From sequence record SRR22947727_1573: 64,000 nt of DNA; one strand, 5' to 3'. Shown one piece after another: positions 21,260-30,543 of this stretch (the first letter of the stretch is position 1; each line of letters begins with the position of its first letter). The position numbers and the translations under genes were made by a program. The notes beneath the pieces are model-generated. The model did no database searches. It was not told the DNA's origin and saw only the letters and a list, made by a program, of their open reading frames with translations.

Positions 21260-22879
21260 AAATTCCGTGTTCCGCGCCCAGATGTTTTGGACGCGGTCGA
21301 TGCCTCGCTTGGAGTGACCGAGGGAAATCCCGAGCTCGCGAAGGCCGTCGCACCCGCGCCCCAACAACCTGCAATAAATGTTGCCAGCTTGGATGACCAA
21401 GTTGCTCAACCACTCAAGGCTCCGATCGGCAGCACCGATTTTGACGAAATTCGCAAGGAGGGGTTGACCGGCCGTCAATTGCGCATGGCGCGACGCACCG
21501 CACAGCGCCATGATCTGCCTGCCACATCTGATTTTGACACCGTGCGCCTTTTACGCCAAGCCGGGATTGACCCGTTCCAGCGGTCCAACCTGCTGGAGCT
21601 GGCGCCAAAAAACGATGGCAGCCCTCCACCTATGACCAAACCTGGCCGGGCCAGCCGGCCACAATTGCCCCAACGCCGCGACGCATCAGACAACTTGCCC
21701 GCGCTGATCCCTGAGGATGACCCGGCTCTGCGCCGTGCCCGTGAGGTGGAGCGCATTCAACAGTCGATCATCCGGCGGCGCCAGAAGAAACTGGCCCTGC
21801 TGGGCCTGCGCCTGGCCTTTTTTGTCGGTCTGCCGACACTTCTGGCGGGCTGGTATTTTTATACGGTTGCCTCGCCGATGTATTCGACAAAATCTGCGTT
21901 TTTGATCCAACAAAATAGCGAGCAATCCTCAGGCGGGGGGGGATTGATGGGAATGATCTCTGGCGCGGGAGGATCCGGTTTGAGTGATGGCAGCTCCGTG
22001 CAAAGCTATCTCACCTCAATAGAAGCGATGAACCGCTTGGATGAAGATCACGATTTTATTGCCCATTTCAGTGACCCCGCCATTGACCCTTTGGCCCGTC
22101 TTAAAGCGGATGCCTCCAATGAGGAGGCCTTTAAAGTTTTCAAAAAATCGGTGAAAATCGGCTATGATCCGACCGAAGGTTTGGTGAATATGGAGGTGAT
22201 TGCGGCCTCGCCTGACGCCAGCGTCGAATTTTCCAATGCGCTTATCGGCTATGCTGAAGAGCGCGTAAGCAATATCACACAGCGCCTGCGCGATGACCAA
22301 ATGAAAGGCGCTATTGAAAGTTTTGAGGATGCCCAGATCGCCCGCAATGAAGCGCTGGATCGCCTGGTCACTTTGCAGCAAGAGTTATCGGTGATTGATT
22401 CAAAAACCGCCGTTGCCTCTATACAGCAGCAAATCATGAGTCTGGAACAAGAGGTCGATCAGATGGAGAAATCCTTGGCTATCCATATGAAGAATGCCCG
22501 GCCGAACACCTCAAAGGTCAATGCTTTGAAGACCTCCATTCGAATCAACAAAGATCTTATCGAAGCCAAGCGAGCCGAATTGACGCAAACCACCGGTGGC
22601 GCAGATTCGATGGCCAGCAAAAACGCACGGATGATCGTTGCAGAAGCCGATTATCAAACCCGCGAAATGATGGTGCAAGCTGCGGTACAAAGTGTTGAGG
22701 CCGCCCGCGTGGCGGCCGACCGGCAAGCGCGGTATTTGGCCACCTCTGTCGCCCCCGTAAGGCCTGAGGATCCCTCTTATCCGCGCAAGTTTGAAAACAC
22801 CTTATTGTCTTTCCTTATTTTCGGAGGTGTTTACTTAATTATGTCACTCACCGCGTCCATCCTGCGCGAACAGGTCTGA
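21237..22879 (+). pseudogene. kpsE: Capsule export co-polymerase KpsE-like, with an apparent 1-nt deletion in the A5 tract at 21258-21262
   Basis: Long ORF 21287-22879 has a TM, YFYTVASPMY, a coiled coil and YPRK plus TM. ATG 21237 (MTSKLRAK) joins the main frame (KFRVPRPDVLDAVD) only if the tract were A6. Confidence 0.7.
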
Positions 22880-22955
22880 CCCTGGAGATATTTTAAAGCC
22901 ATCTATGAAAAATCAACAACAATAGCCCTTCGGGCAATTTTTGCGATTTCAGGGC

Positions 22956-22984
22956 TTGAAACGTCCGCGCTTCCGGCGTATCCC
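22956..22984 (+). promoter_or_regulatory. Putative tRNA promoter
   Basis: TTGAAA-N17-TATCCC, 12 nt before the tRNA. Confidence 0.5.
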
Positions 22985-22996
22985 CTGCCTCGCTGA

Positions 22997-23071
22997 TGGG
23001 TCGTAGCATAATGGTAATGCACCTGTTTTTGGTACAGTAGAGTGCAGGTTCGAGTCCTGCCGACCCAGCCA
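22997..23071 (+). tRNA. tRNA-Gln (TTG)
   Basis: Acceptor stem TGGGTCG/CGACCCA, D-loop TGGTA, anticodon loop TT-TTG-GT, T-arm GCAGG-TTCGAGT-CCTGC, encoded CCA. Confidence 0.95.
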
Positions 23072-23081
23072 GCTCTATCTC

Positions 23082-23531
23082 TTAGATCGTCAGGTGTAAT
23101 TTCGGTTTCCAAAATGGCCGGAACAGCTCAATTTTCGGGCATTTATCCATGACAACTTGCATCCCAGCCTCTTCTGCCAGCTGGGCCGCCGCGTGATCCA
23201 CCACGCCGATTTGCCCCCAAAGCACCTTTGCGCCGATCGCGATGGCCTCTTTTGTGACACCCATAAGATCTTCGGGACGACGAAACACTTCGACCATATC
23301 CACAGGACGATCTATGGCCGCAAGGCTCGGGTAGACTTTCAAGCCTCGGATGTCCTCAAGGCCCGGGCGCGGATTGACCGGGATCATGTCGTAGCCAGTT
23401 TCACTGAGTACCCGCAAAACCCCATAGCTAAATTTGGTTTTATCGGGGCTGGCGCCAACCATCGCGATGGTTTTGACCGATTTTAGAATCCCCTGCAAAT
23501 AGGCATCTGAATAGGGTTGAGTATGGTCCAT
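23082..23531 (-). CDS. CoA-binding protein (YccU/CoA_binding_2 family)
   Basis: IAMVGAS, IPVNP, VDMVEVFR, LWGQIG and VVMDKC motifs; AAGGAGG RBS. Confidence 0.9.
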   Translation of the reverse strand: MDHTQPYSDAYLQGILKSVKTIAMVGASPDKTKFSYGVLRVLSETGYDMIPVNPRPGLEDIRGLKVYPSLAAIDRPVDMVEVFRRPEDLMGVTKEAIAIGAKVLWGQIGVVDHAAAQLAEEAGMQVVMDKCPKIELFRPFWKPKLHLTI

Positions 23532-23533
23532 GG

Positions 23534-23890
23534 TCAGACCTCCTTTGGCACGGCAATATCAGCTTTGAGTTCGTGGGATTGCAACGGGTCCAGAAATGGG
23601 TTGCGATAGAGGCGGTCATGGCTTTCCACCCCAATTTCGAGCGTGATGTCAGACATGGGGCGTGCGACACATAAGATCACGTAACCTTGATTGATTTGCC
23701 GATTGTTCAGCGCCACTTGCCGGCGCTGGTCAACTTCTCCTGCGGTCAATTTTGCCGCGCAGGTGATGCAGCCGCCATATTTGCAGCCATAGGGCAAATC
23801 TACCCCCTGATCGCGCAGGCTGTCCAAGAGGGGACGGCGGGGGTCCACCTTATATTGCGCCCCATCTCGGTTTGATAAGGTCACGATCAC
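23534..23890 (-). CDS. Plant-type 2Fe-2S ferredoxin
   Basis: C-X4-C-X2-C...C (YGCKYGGCITC...ILCVA); GTG start overlaps the SBP56 stop (GTGA). Confidence 0.9.
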   Translation of the reverse strand: MIVTLSNRDGAQYKVDPRRPLLDSLRDQGVDLPYGCKYGGCITCAAKLTAGEVDQRRQVALNNRQINQGYVILCVARPMSDITLEIGVESHDRLYRNPFLDPLQSHELKADIAVPKEV

Positions 23891-25245
23891 AGCCAAATAT
23901 CACTCGTGCAATCGCCGCCCGGATAGCGCGCTTCATGGCAACGGGAGGGACCATTGGGCTCCTGTCCAAAGTCGACAATAAAATCCTTATTTAACACCAT
24001 TCCGCCATTGTCCGGATCGCAATCAATCTGCACCATCACACCACCCTGCTCACGAATTTCAGGATAAAATTGATTGTCCCAGGTGCTGAACAGGCTGGTG
24101 GTGACATAGAGACGTCGGCCGTCGAGAGACAATTGGAACATCTGCGGTCCGCCAGCCATTTTCACCCCATTCACCTCCGGCGCCTTGCCCAATAAGCCGC
24201 CCATCCAGACCTGTCCCGTCAAAACCGGGTTATGCGGATCTGAGATATCATATTGGCGCATATCCCCATGCAACCAATTGTTGAGGTATAAATATTTGTC
24301 ATCCATCGAGATTAAAATAGCCGACATTACCCCCGGCACCGGGATGGGCCATTCAGGATGCGGTTCATTGGCCACATCAATGATCTTTTCCCATTGCCAT
24401 TCTCCAGCCTCATCGCGCCACCAATGGATCACATTTGAGCTGAGCGCCGCCCCACAAAACCCATGGGTGCTATCGGGGTCATGGTGGAATTTCACCTCCA
24501 AGGGCAACAACCCATCCTCGCCAAGATACATCGTTTCAATCGGGACTTTCTTCTCAAAATCCCAAAAATGGATTTCGCGGCCATATTTCAAATGCCCGAC
24601 TTCTTCTAAATCAAACCCCGGCATAAAAGTATTGGGGGCGGCCCATTCGGAAGAGACCATCACATTGTGGCGTGGTTGATACCAAAAATCATATCCGAAC
24701 TTGATATCGCCCATGGAATTCTCCCACCGCCCGACGATGTCAAAATCTTTGTTCAGATGGAGATAACCGCCTGGCGCTTCCCCTTTGGCATCGCCCAACA
24801 TGGAAATAATGATTTCCGAGCCTAAACAATGCACCGTATGCGGTCCCGACAGATTGGTTTTTGACTTGATCTCAGCCCCGTCAATCACCTTGTGAAGACG
24901 CGGCGCGCGCGGGTCACTGGCCGTGTCGACCACGTGGATGTTGTTCGAGCGCACCCCAGGCAGCAGCAAATACTTACGCGACATTGAGCCATCGTCGAAA
25001 CAGGACGAGCAGGCGTTCCACCCCATATGGTGCAACTCATCGCCGATGCCGGGCATCTCCAAGCGGTGGATCACCTGCGAATAGGTCGGACTGTCGGGAT
25101 CAACATCCACGGTTGCCAAATAATCGGGTTTTTGAATGCCCGTGCCGGTGTAAATCGCAATAGTATAGAGCAGCTTTTCACGCGGCGCTTTGATCGCCTC
25201 CTGCGGGCTTGCGTAGCCCGGTCCACAACAGTCCTTCATGTTCAC
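23887..25245 (-). CDS. SBP56/SELENBP1-like selenium-binding protein (methanethiol-oxidase family)
   Basis: CCGPGYASP N-terminus, PDYLATVDVDP, DELHHMGWNACSSC, GGPQMFQLSLDG and PGGDCTSDIW C-terminus; no signal peptide. Confidence 0.92.
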   Translation of the reverse strand: MNMKDCCGPGYASPQEAIKAPREKLLYTIAIYTGTGIQKPDYLATVDVDPDSPTYSQVIHRLEMPGIGDELHHMGWNACSSCFDDGSMSRKYLLLPGVRSNNIHVVDTASDPRAPRLHKVIDGAEIKSKTNLSGPHTVHCLGSEIIISMLGDAKGEAPGGYLHLNKDFDIVGRWENSMGDIKFGYDFWYQPRHNVMVSSEWAAPNTFMPGFDLEEVGHLKYGREIHFWDFEKKVPIETMYLGEDGLLPLEVKFHHDPDSTHGFCGAALSSNVIHWWRDEAGEWQWEKIIDVANEPHPEWPIPVPGVMSAILISMDDKYLYLNNWLHGDMRQYDISDPHNPVLTGQVWMGGLLGKAPEVNGVKMAGGPQMFQLSLDGRRLYVTTSLFSTWDNQFYPEIREQGGVMVQIDCDPDNGGMVLNKDFIVDFGQEPNGPSRCHEARYPGGDCTSDIWL

Positions 25246-25325
25246 TGCTCCCTTTCAAAGATCGCAAGTCTCACCGCCCTATCACGTCCATGGGAGGTCT
25301 CTCGAGAACTCTTTCTGCCTCACCC

Positions 25326-26765
25326 CTAGCCTAATCCGTGCAGCGTTTTGGTTTCAAGGTAATCTTCCAATCCCATCATACCACCTTCTCGGCCATTTCC
25401 GGATTGTTTATACCCCCCAAAGGGCGAGCCATAATTGAAGCCGCCGCCATTGATGTGGATTGCACCAGCCCTGAGGCGGGCCGCGACACGTTCCGCACGC
25501 GCCGGATCGCCAGTTTGCAGGTAGGCCGCCAGCCCATAGGGCGTGTCATTGGCGATTTCAATCGCCTCAGCCTCATCCTCGAAGGGAATGATGACCAAAA
25601 CAGGACCAAAGATTTCCTCCTGCGCAATCCGCATATCATTTGACACATCACAAAAAATAGTGGGCTTCACAAACCAGCCGGCATCAATCCCCTCAGGACG
25701 TCCCAAGCCACCAGCCAAGAGGCGCGCGCCCTCCTCAAGCCCCACTTTAATCATGGCTTGCACCCGATCAAATTGGATGCGGTCAAACAGCGGGCCAATA
25801 TGCGCGCCCTCTTGCGCCGGATCTCCCACCTCGGTGGCCTCTGCCGCGCGTTTGGCAATCTCAAGCACAGCCTCATAGCAGCTGCGCTCGGCCAATAGCC
25901 GGGTTGGCGCGTCGCAAGATTGCCCCGTGTTATACATGCATTCGGCGACCGAGGCACTCACCTGGGCCTCAAGGTCACAATCGGCAAACACCAGATTGGG
26001 CGATTTGCCACCAAGCTCCAAGGTCACACGCTTGACGGTTTCTGCCGCATCACGGGTCACAGCCGTCCCGGCACGGGTGGAACCGGTAAATGACATCATC
26101 TGCACATCCTTGTGGCGCGACAGGGCCGCGCCCACCGTTGGGCCATCGCCCTGGACCAAATTGAACACACCGGGCGGAAAGCCCGCCGCATCTATAATTT
26201 CAGCGTATATCATCGCAGAGATCGGCGTATGCTCAGAGGGTTTCAAAACGCAGCAACAGCCCGTCGCCAAGGCCGGGATGACCTTCAAGGCAATTTGGTT
26301 CATCGGCCAATTCCAAGGGGTGATTAATCCGCACACCCCAATCGGCTCGCGTAAAAGAATGTCCCCATTGCTCAAAGTTTCCCGTTCCACCAACTCGGCC
26401 AATGCGTCCATGAAACCCTGCAAATGACCGATGGCGGCATCGGCCTGCGCCTCGCGGGCCATGGTGATCGGCGCGCCCATCTCCATGCGCATCGCCTGCG
26501 CCAAATCTTCAAACCTGCTCTGGGTCACCTTCATCAAGCTTTGAAGAAGAGCCACCCGTTCAGATTTGCGCGTCTGGCTATAGGCCGGAAAGGCCGACAC
26601 CGCCGCCGCAACCGCCGCGTCCACATCCGCTGCATCCCCCAAAGGCACGATACCGATCTGGCGCTCATTGGCGGGGTTCAAAACGGGCATATTGGCCTGT
26701 GATCTCGGCGCCACCCACTGCCCGGCGATGTAAAACTTACCTAGATTGCTTGTGTCGACTGTCAT
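25326..26765 (-). CDS. Aldehyde dehydrogenase
   Basis: ITPWNWP, KPSE, FTGST, ELGGKSP, GQSC and EEIFGP motifs. Confidence 0.93.
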   Translation of the reverse strand: MTVDTSNLGKFYIAGQWVAPRSQANMPVLNPANERQIGIVPLGDAADVDAAVAAAVSAFPAYSQTRKSERVALLQSLMKVTQSRFEDLAQAMRMEMGAPITMAREAQADAAIGHLQGFMDALAELVERETLSNGDILLREPIGVCGLITPWNWPMNQIALKVIPALATGCCCVLKPSEHTPISAMIYAEIIDAAGFPPGVFNLVQGDGPTVGAALSRHKDVQMMSFTGSTRAGTAVTRDAAETVKRVTLELGGKSPNLVFADCDLEAQVSASVAECMYNTGQSCDAPTRLLAERSCYEAVLEIAKRAAEATEVGDPAQEGAHIGPLFDRIQFDRVQAMIKVGLEEGARLLAGGLGRPEGIDAGWFVKPTIFCDVSNDMRIAQEEIFGPVLVIIPFEDEAEAIEIANDTPYGLAAYLQTGDPARAERVAARLRAGAIHINGGGFNYGSPFGGYKQSGNGREGGMMGLEDYLETKTLHGLG

Positions 26766-26832
26766 ACCGTTTCGCTTTAAGCTAGAACCTTTGGTCATTA
26801 TTCACAGGCGCGCCACTTCTGCACGCAAAAAA

Positions 26833-27972
26833 TCACGCTTTAAACTCAGCGCGAAGAGCTTCGGTTTGCGCGCCCAAATTCGGCACTTTTTGTCCTGGTC
26901 CGGCATGGCTTGTCACTGGCAAAGCGGCCAAAGAAACGTCACAATCGCCAATCTGTGCCACAGAATTGCGCAAAAATGGATGGTCCGACAGATCCGCCAC
27001 GGAATTGAGTTGCGCATTGGCAATTTGCGCCGCATCCAGCTTGTCCACCATCTCAGCGGCGGTGAACTGTGCAAAACAATCCGCCACGATGGCATCCAGC
27101 GCGTCACGATGGGCATATCGCTCCGGATTTTCCGAAAACCTGGGATCTTCGGGCAACTCCGGTCGCTGCAAGACCTGGCGGCATAGGGCCGCAAATTCTC
27201 GGTTGCTTTGCACAGAAATTAAAACCTGCGCACCGTCCCGACATTCAAAGGCGCCGTAAGGGGCAATGAAGGAATGTTTCAACCCCGAGCGCGCCGGAGC
27301 GCCGCCCATATAACGATGTGCCAAGAGCGGCATATTCATCCAATCGGCCAGCACATCAAACATAGAAATTTCCAAATCAATGCCCCGCCCCGTGCGCCCC
27401 CGTTGGATCAAGGCGCGCAAAATGGCCGAAAAGGCAGTCAAACCTGTCGAAAGATCGGTCAGGGACAGGCCCACACGCGCCGGGCTTTCTGCGCTGCCGG
27501 TCACAGAACACAGACCACTTTCGGCTTGGATCAAAAAATCATAGGCCTTCTTTTTCGCCGCCGCGCCCGATTGCCCGTACCCTGAAATCATGCAGGTGAT
27601 CAAACCGGGGTTATCACGTCGCAGCTCTGCGCCGCCGAGCCCCATACGCGCCACTGAACCGGGTGCAAGATTGGAGACAAAGACATCGGCCTTGGCCAGC
27701 ATACGGTGCATCACGGCCAAGTCCTCGGGATCTTTGAGGTTCAAGCAAATCGATTCCTTGCCGCGGTTCAGCCAGGCAAAAATTGCACTCTGCCCATTGG
27801 CGCCGGCATCATAGCCGCGGGCAAAATCCCCCTCCGGACGCTCAACCTTAATCACCCGCGCCCCAGCATCCGCCAGCATCAAACCACAATAGGGCGCCGC
27901 CACTGCCTGCTCGAGGGAGACCACCGTCATCCCGTCCAGTTCTTTATTCAACCCCATGGAATCATCATCCAT
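26833..27972 (-). CDS. CaiB/BaiF (family III) CoA-transferase
   Basis: LEQAVAAP, GARVIKVE, LNRGKES and AYD motifs. Confidence 0.92.
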   Translation of the reverse strand: MDDDSMGLNKELDGMTVVSLEQAVAAPYCGLMLADAGARVIKVERPEGDFARGYDAGANGQSAIFAWLNRGKESICLNLKDPEDLAVMHRMLAKADVFVSNLAPGSVARMGLGGAELRRDNPGLITCMISGYGQSGAAAKKKAYDFLIQAESGLCSVTGSAESPARVGLSLTDLSTGLTAFSAILRALIQRGRTGRGIDLEISMFDVLADWMNMPLLAHRYMGGAPARSGLKHSFIAPYGAFECRDGAQVLISVQSNREFAALCRQVLQRPELPEDPRFSENPERYAHRDALDAIVADCFAQFTAAEMVDKLDAAQIANAQLNSVADLSDHPFLRNSVAQIGDCDVSLAALPVTSHAGPGQKVPNLGAQTEALRAEFKA

Positions 27973-28111
27973 CTTTCAAGCTCATGTCCGCTATCGCGCC
28001 AGTTTGTGCCCTCGGGTCACCAAAAGACAAGGCCAGAGGGCCGGCCCTGCGCGGAAAATGCCATCCATCTCCAGACCGATCGCGCTGATGTTTTGAAACT
28101 CACCTGCCTCA

Positions 28112-28130
28112 TTGCCTATATTTTAGGCAA
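28112..28130. promoter_or_regulatory. Putative NtrC-binding site upstream of glnK-amtB
   Basis: Palindrome TTGCCTA-TATTT-TAGGCAA (TGC-N11-GCA) about 105 nt upstream of glnK. Confidence 0.7.
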
Positions 28131-28234
28131 ATCACGACATCTGCGGTTTTTTACCAAGGCTAAAAGTTTACGCCGCTCTGCAGCAATTTGAAGGTAGAGC
28201 CAGAATTATACCCGGTAGAACGAAAGGAAGACGA

Positions 28235-28573
28235 GTGAAACTGATTATTGCAACGATCAAACCCTTCAAGCTCGAAGACGTGCGCGAAGCGGTGTCTGAG
28301 GTCGGTGTCAGCGGCATGATGGTGAGCGAAGTTAAAGGCTTCGGCGCTCAATCTGGTCACACCGAAACATATCGAGGAGCAGAATACACAGTTAATTTTG
28401 TTCCCAAAATCAAACTTGAAATCGCCGTCACCGATGCGGCTGCGGCCGGTGTGGTGGAGGCCATCACCAAAGCGGCCCATACCGGAAAAATCGGTGATGG
28501 CAAAATTTTCGTCCTTGACCTGGAACAAGCCCTGCGCGTGCGCACCGGCGAAACAAATGAAGAGGCTCTGTGA
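28235..28573 (+). CDS. glnK: P-II nitrogen regulator
   Basis: 112 aa; IKPFKL, T-loop YRGAEY, TGKIGDGKIF; coupled to amtB. Confidence 0.95.
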   Translation: MKLIIATIKPFKLEDVREAVSEVGVSGMMVSEVKGFGAQSGHTETYRGAEYTVNFVPKIKLEIAVTDAAAAGVVEAITKAAHTGKIGDGKIFVLDLEQALRVRTGETNEEAL

Positions 28574-29910
28574 TGCGTAGAGAGTTAACGAGTAAATTAG
28601 GAACTGTAAGCCTGGCCACTCTGCTGCTGGCCGTTCCACAACTGGCCGCAGCGCAGGAGGCGGATGTTACCCCGCTGAATGCCGACATCGGCTTTATTTT
28701 CACCACATTCATGTTCCTTGTCTCAGGGTTCTTGGTGTTCTTCATGGCCGCTGGGTTTGCCATGTTGGAAGCCGGTTTGGTACGCGGCAAAAACGTGGCG
28801 ATGCAGCTGACCAAAAACATGGCACTGTTTTCTCTGGCGTCGCTGTTTTTCTACATTTTGGGATATAATCTCATGTATCCAGGCGATGGCTGGACCATTC
28901 AAAACGTGGTTGGTGCCTTTTCAGTCACCGCGCTAGAGCCTGTCGGGCTCGAAGGTGTGGAAGCTGATCTAACCTACGCCTCTGTCGGCTCCGATTTTTT
29001 CTTCCAATTGATGTTCTGCGCAGCGACCGCTTCTATTGTGTCAGGCGCATTGGCCGAGCGGATCAAACTTTGGCCGTTCCTCGCCTTTGTCATCGTTCTT
29101 GTGGCCGTGATCTATCCGATCCAAGCCAGCTGGAAATGGGGCGGTGGTTTCTTGGACGCAATGGGCTTTCAAGACTTTGCAGGCTCAACAGTTGTGCACT
29201 CTGTCGGCGGCTGGGCAGCATTGACCGGCGCAATCATCCTTGGTCCTCGCTTGGGCAAATACAAAGATGGTAAGGTAAACCCAATGCCAGGCTCAAATCT
29301 CGCATTGGCCACCTTGGGGACATTTATCCTTTGGCTCGGTTGGTTCGGCTTTAACGGTGGGTCACAACTGTATATGGACACATCCGGCAATGTGGCTGAT
29401 ATCAGCCGGATCTTCTCCAACACCAATACAGCGGCAGCCGCCGGTGCGGTGGCAGCTCTGATCTTGACGCAACTCCTTTACAAAAAGCCTGATTTGACCA
29501 TGATCTTGAACGGGGCCTTGGCAGGTTTGGTGTCCATCACTGCGGAGCCGCTGACCCCTTCACTGGTGTCAGCGACCCTGATCGGTGCTGTTGGCGGTGT
29601 TATCGTCGTCTTCGCCGTGCCGCTTCTGGATCGCTTGAAGATTGATGATGTGGTCGGGGCCATCCCGGTGCACCTCTTCGCAGGCATCTGGGGCACTCTG
29701 GCCGTTTGCTTCACAAACAGCGCCGCCAGCTTCTCAGTTCAACTGACATCAATCGTCATCGTCGGGGCCTTTGTGACTGTGTCCTCCGCCGTGGTTTGGT
29801 TGTTGCTTAAAGCGATGTTCGGCCTGCGGGTCAGTGAAGAGGCCGAAATCACCGGTCTCGACCGCAGCGAGCTGGGCATGGAAGCCTATCCGGAATTCTC
29901 GGGTAGCTAA
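28573..29910 (+). CDS. amtB: Ammonium transporter
   Basis: Signal peptide, DFAGSTVVHSVGG, WFGFNGGS and IDDVVGAIPVH motifs. Confidence 0.96.
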   Translation: MRRELTSKLGTVSLATLLLAVPQLAAAQEADVTPLNADIGFIFTTFMFLVSGFLVFFMAAGFAMLEAGLVRGKNVAMQLTKNMALFSLASLFFYILGYNLMYPGDGWTIQNVVGAFSVTALEPVGLEGVEADLTYASVGSDFFFQLMFCAATASIVSGALAERIKLWPFLAFVIVLVAVIYPIQASWKWGGGFLDAMGFQDFAGSTVVHSVGGWAALTGAIILGPRLGKYKDGKVNPMPGSNLALATLGTFILWLGWFGFNGGSQLYMDTSGNVADISRIFSNTNTAAAAGAVAALILTQLLYKKPDLTMILNGALAGLVSITAEPLTPSLVSATLIGAVGGVIVVFAVPLLDRLKIDDVVGAIPVHLFAGIWGTLAVCFTNSAASFSVQLTSIVIVGAFVTVSSAVVWLLLKAMFGLRVSEEAEITGLDRSELGMEAYPEFSGS

Positions 29911-29929
29911 CTTCTTTCCCGTCGTACTG

Positions 29930-29964
29930 GGCCCCCTGAAAGGTAATTTTCAGGGGGCTTTTTT
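29930..29964 (+). terminator. Intrinsic terminator after amtB
   Basis: GCCCCCTGAAA-GGTAAT-TTTCAGGGGGC followed by TTTTTT. Confidence 0.85.
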
Positions 29965-30424
29965 ATGCGCGTTTCACGGGATAAGGCGGGCCATGCTCCA
30001 ATTCCGTCAAAAGATCCAACAAAAGCTCATAGCGCTCGGCGCCAAGCTGATTTCTATAATTTGCGGCGATCTGCGTCGCCTGCACCAAATTGCCATCAAT
30101 CAGGTGTTGCCCCGCTGGGGAAATCACCACAGTTTGCCGCCGCCGATCCTTGGTATCAGACGCCCGGATGACGAGGCCATTTTGCGCCAGGCTTCGAATA
30201 ATGCGCGATAGGCTTGGCATCAACAAACAGGCCTGCCGCGCAATCTCTGTCAAATCCTGCGGGCCAAATTCGGACAATATACGCAGCACCCGCCATTGCT
30301 GTTCGGTCAAACCAGAAGCTCGCAGCATATCGCGGATCGGCGCCATGACCTTTTCACGCGATCGCATCAAGGCAATTGGTAAAGACCGCCGTGTCGAGGG
30401 AAGCTGAAGCTTGGTTCTGGCCAT
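29963..30424 (-). CDS. hpaR: Homoprotocatechuate operon repressor, MarR family
   Basis: SLPIALMRSRE, LTEQQWRVLR, PSLSRII and DRRR; divergent from hpaE. Confidence 0.88.
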   Translation of the reverse strand: MARTKLQLPSTRRSLPIALMRSREKVMAPIRDMLRASGLTEQQWRVLRILSEFGPQDLTEIARQACLLMPSLSRIIRSLAQNGLVIRASDTKDRRRQTVVISPAGQHLIDGNLVQATQIAANYRNQLGAERYELLLDLLTELEHGPPYPVKRA

Positions 30425-30497
30425 TGACGCACCTATGAATTGCCGTGCAATGTTATTTAAAAATATTGACAGCACAATGAAAAATCAGAACACTCCA

Positions 30498-30519
30498 TTT
30501 AGTTAACATGTTACCTAAA
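30498..30519. promoter_or_regulatory. Putative HpaR operator
   Basis: Near-perfect palindrome TTTAGTTAACATGTTACCTAAA between hpaR and hpaE. Confidence 0.7.
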
Positions 30520-30543
30520 ATCTAGGGTTGAAAGAGAGCTGCA

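Noticed and set aside
22903-23112. 69-aa minus-strand ORF
   Set aside because: Antisense to tRNA-Gln and its promoter
23050-28200. Integrative element at tRNA-Gln
   Set aside because: No integrase and no duplicated tRNA 3' end spotted by eye; an exact-match search is needed to exclude it fully
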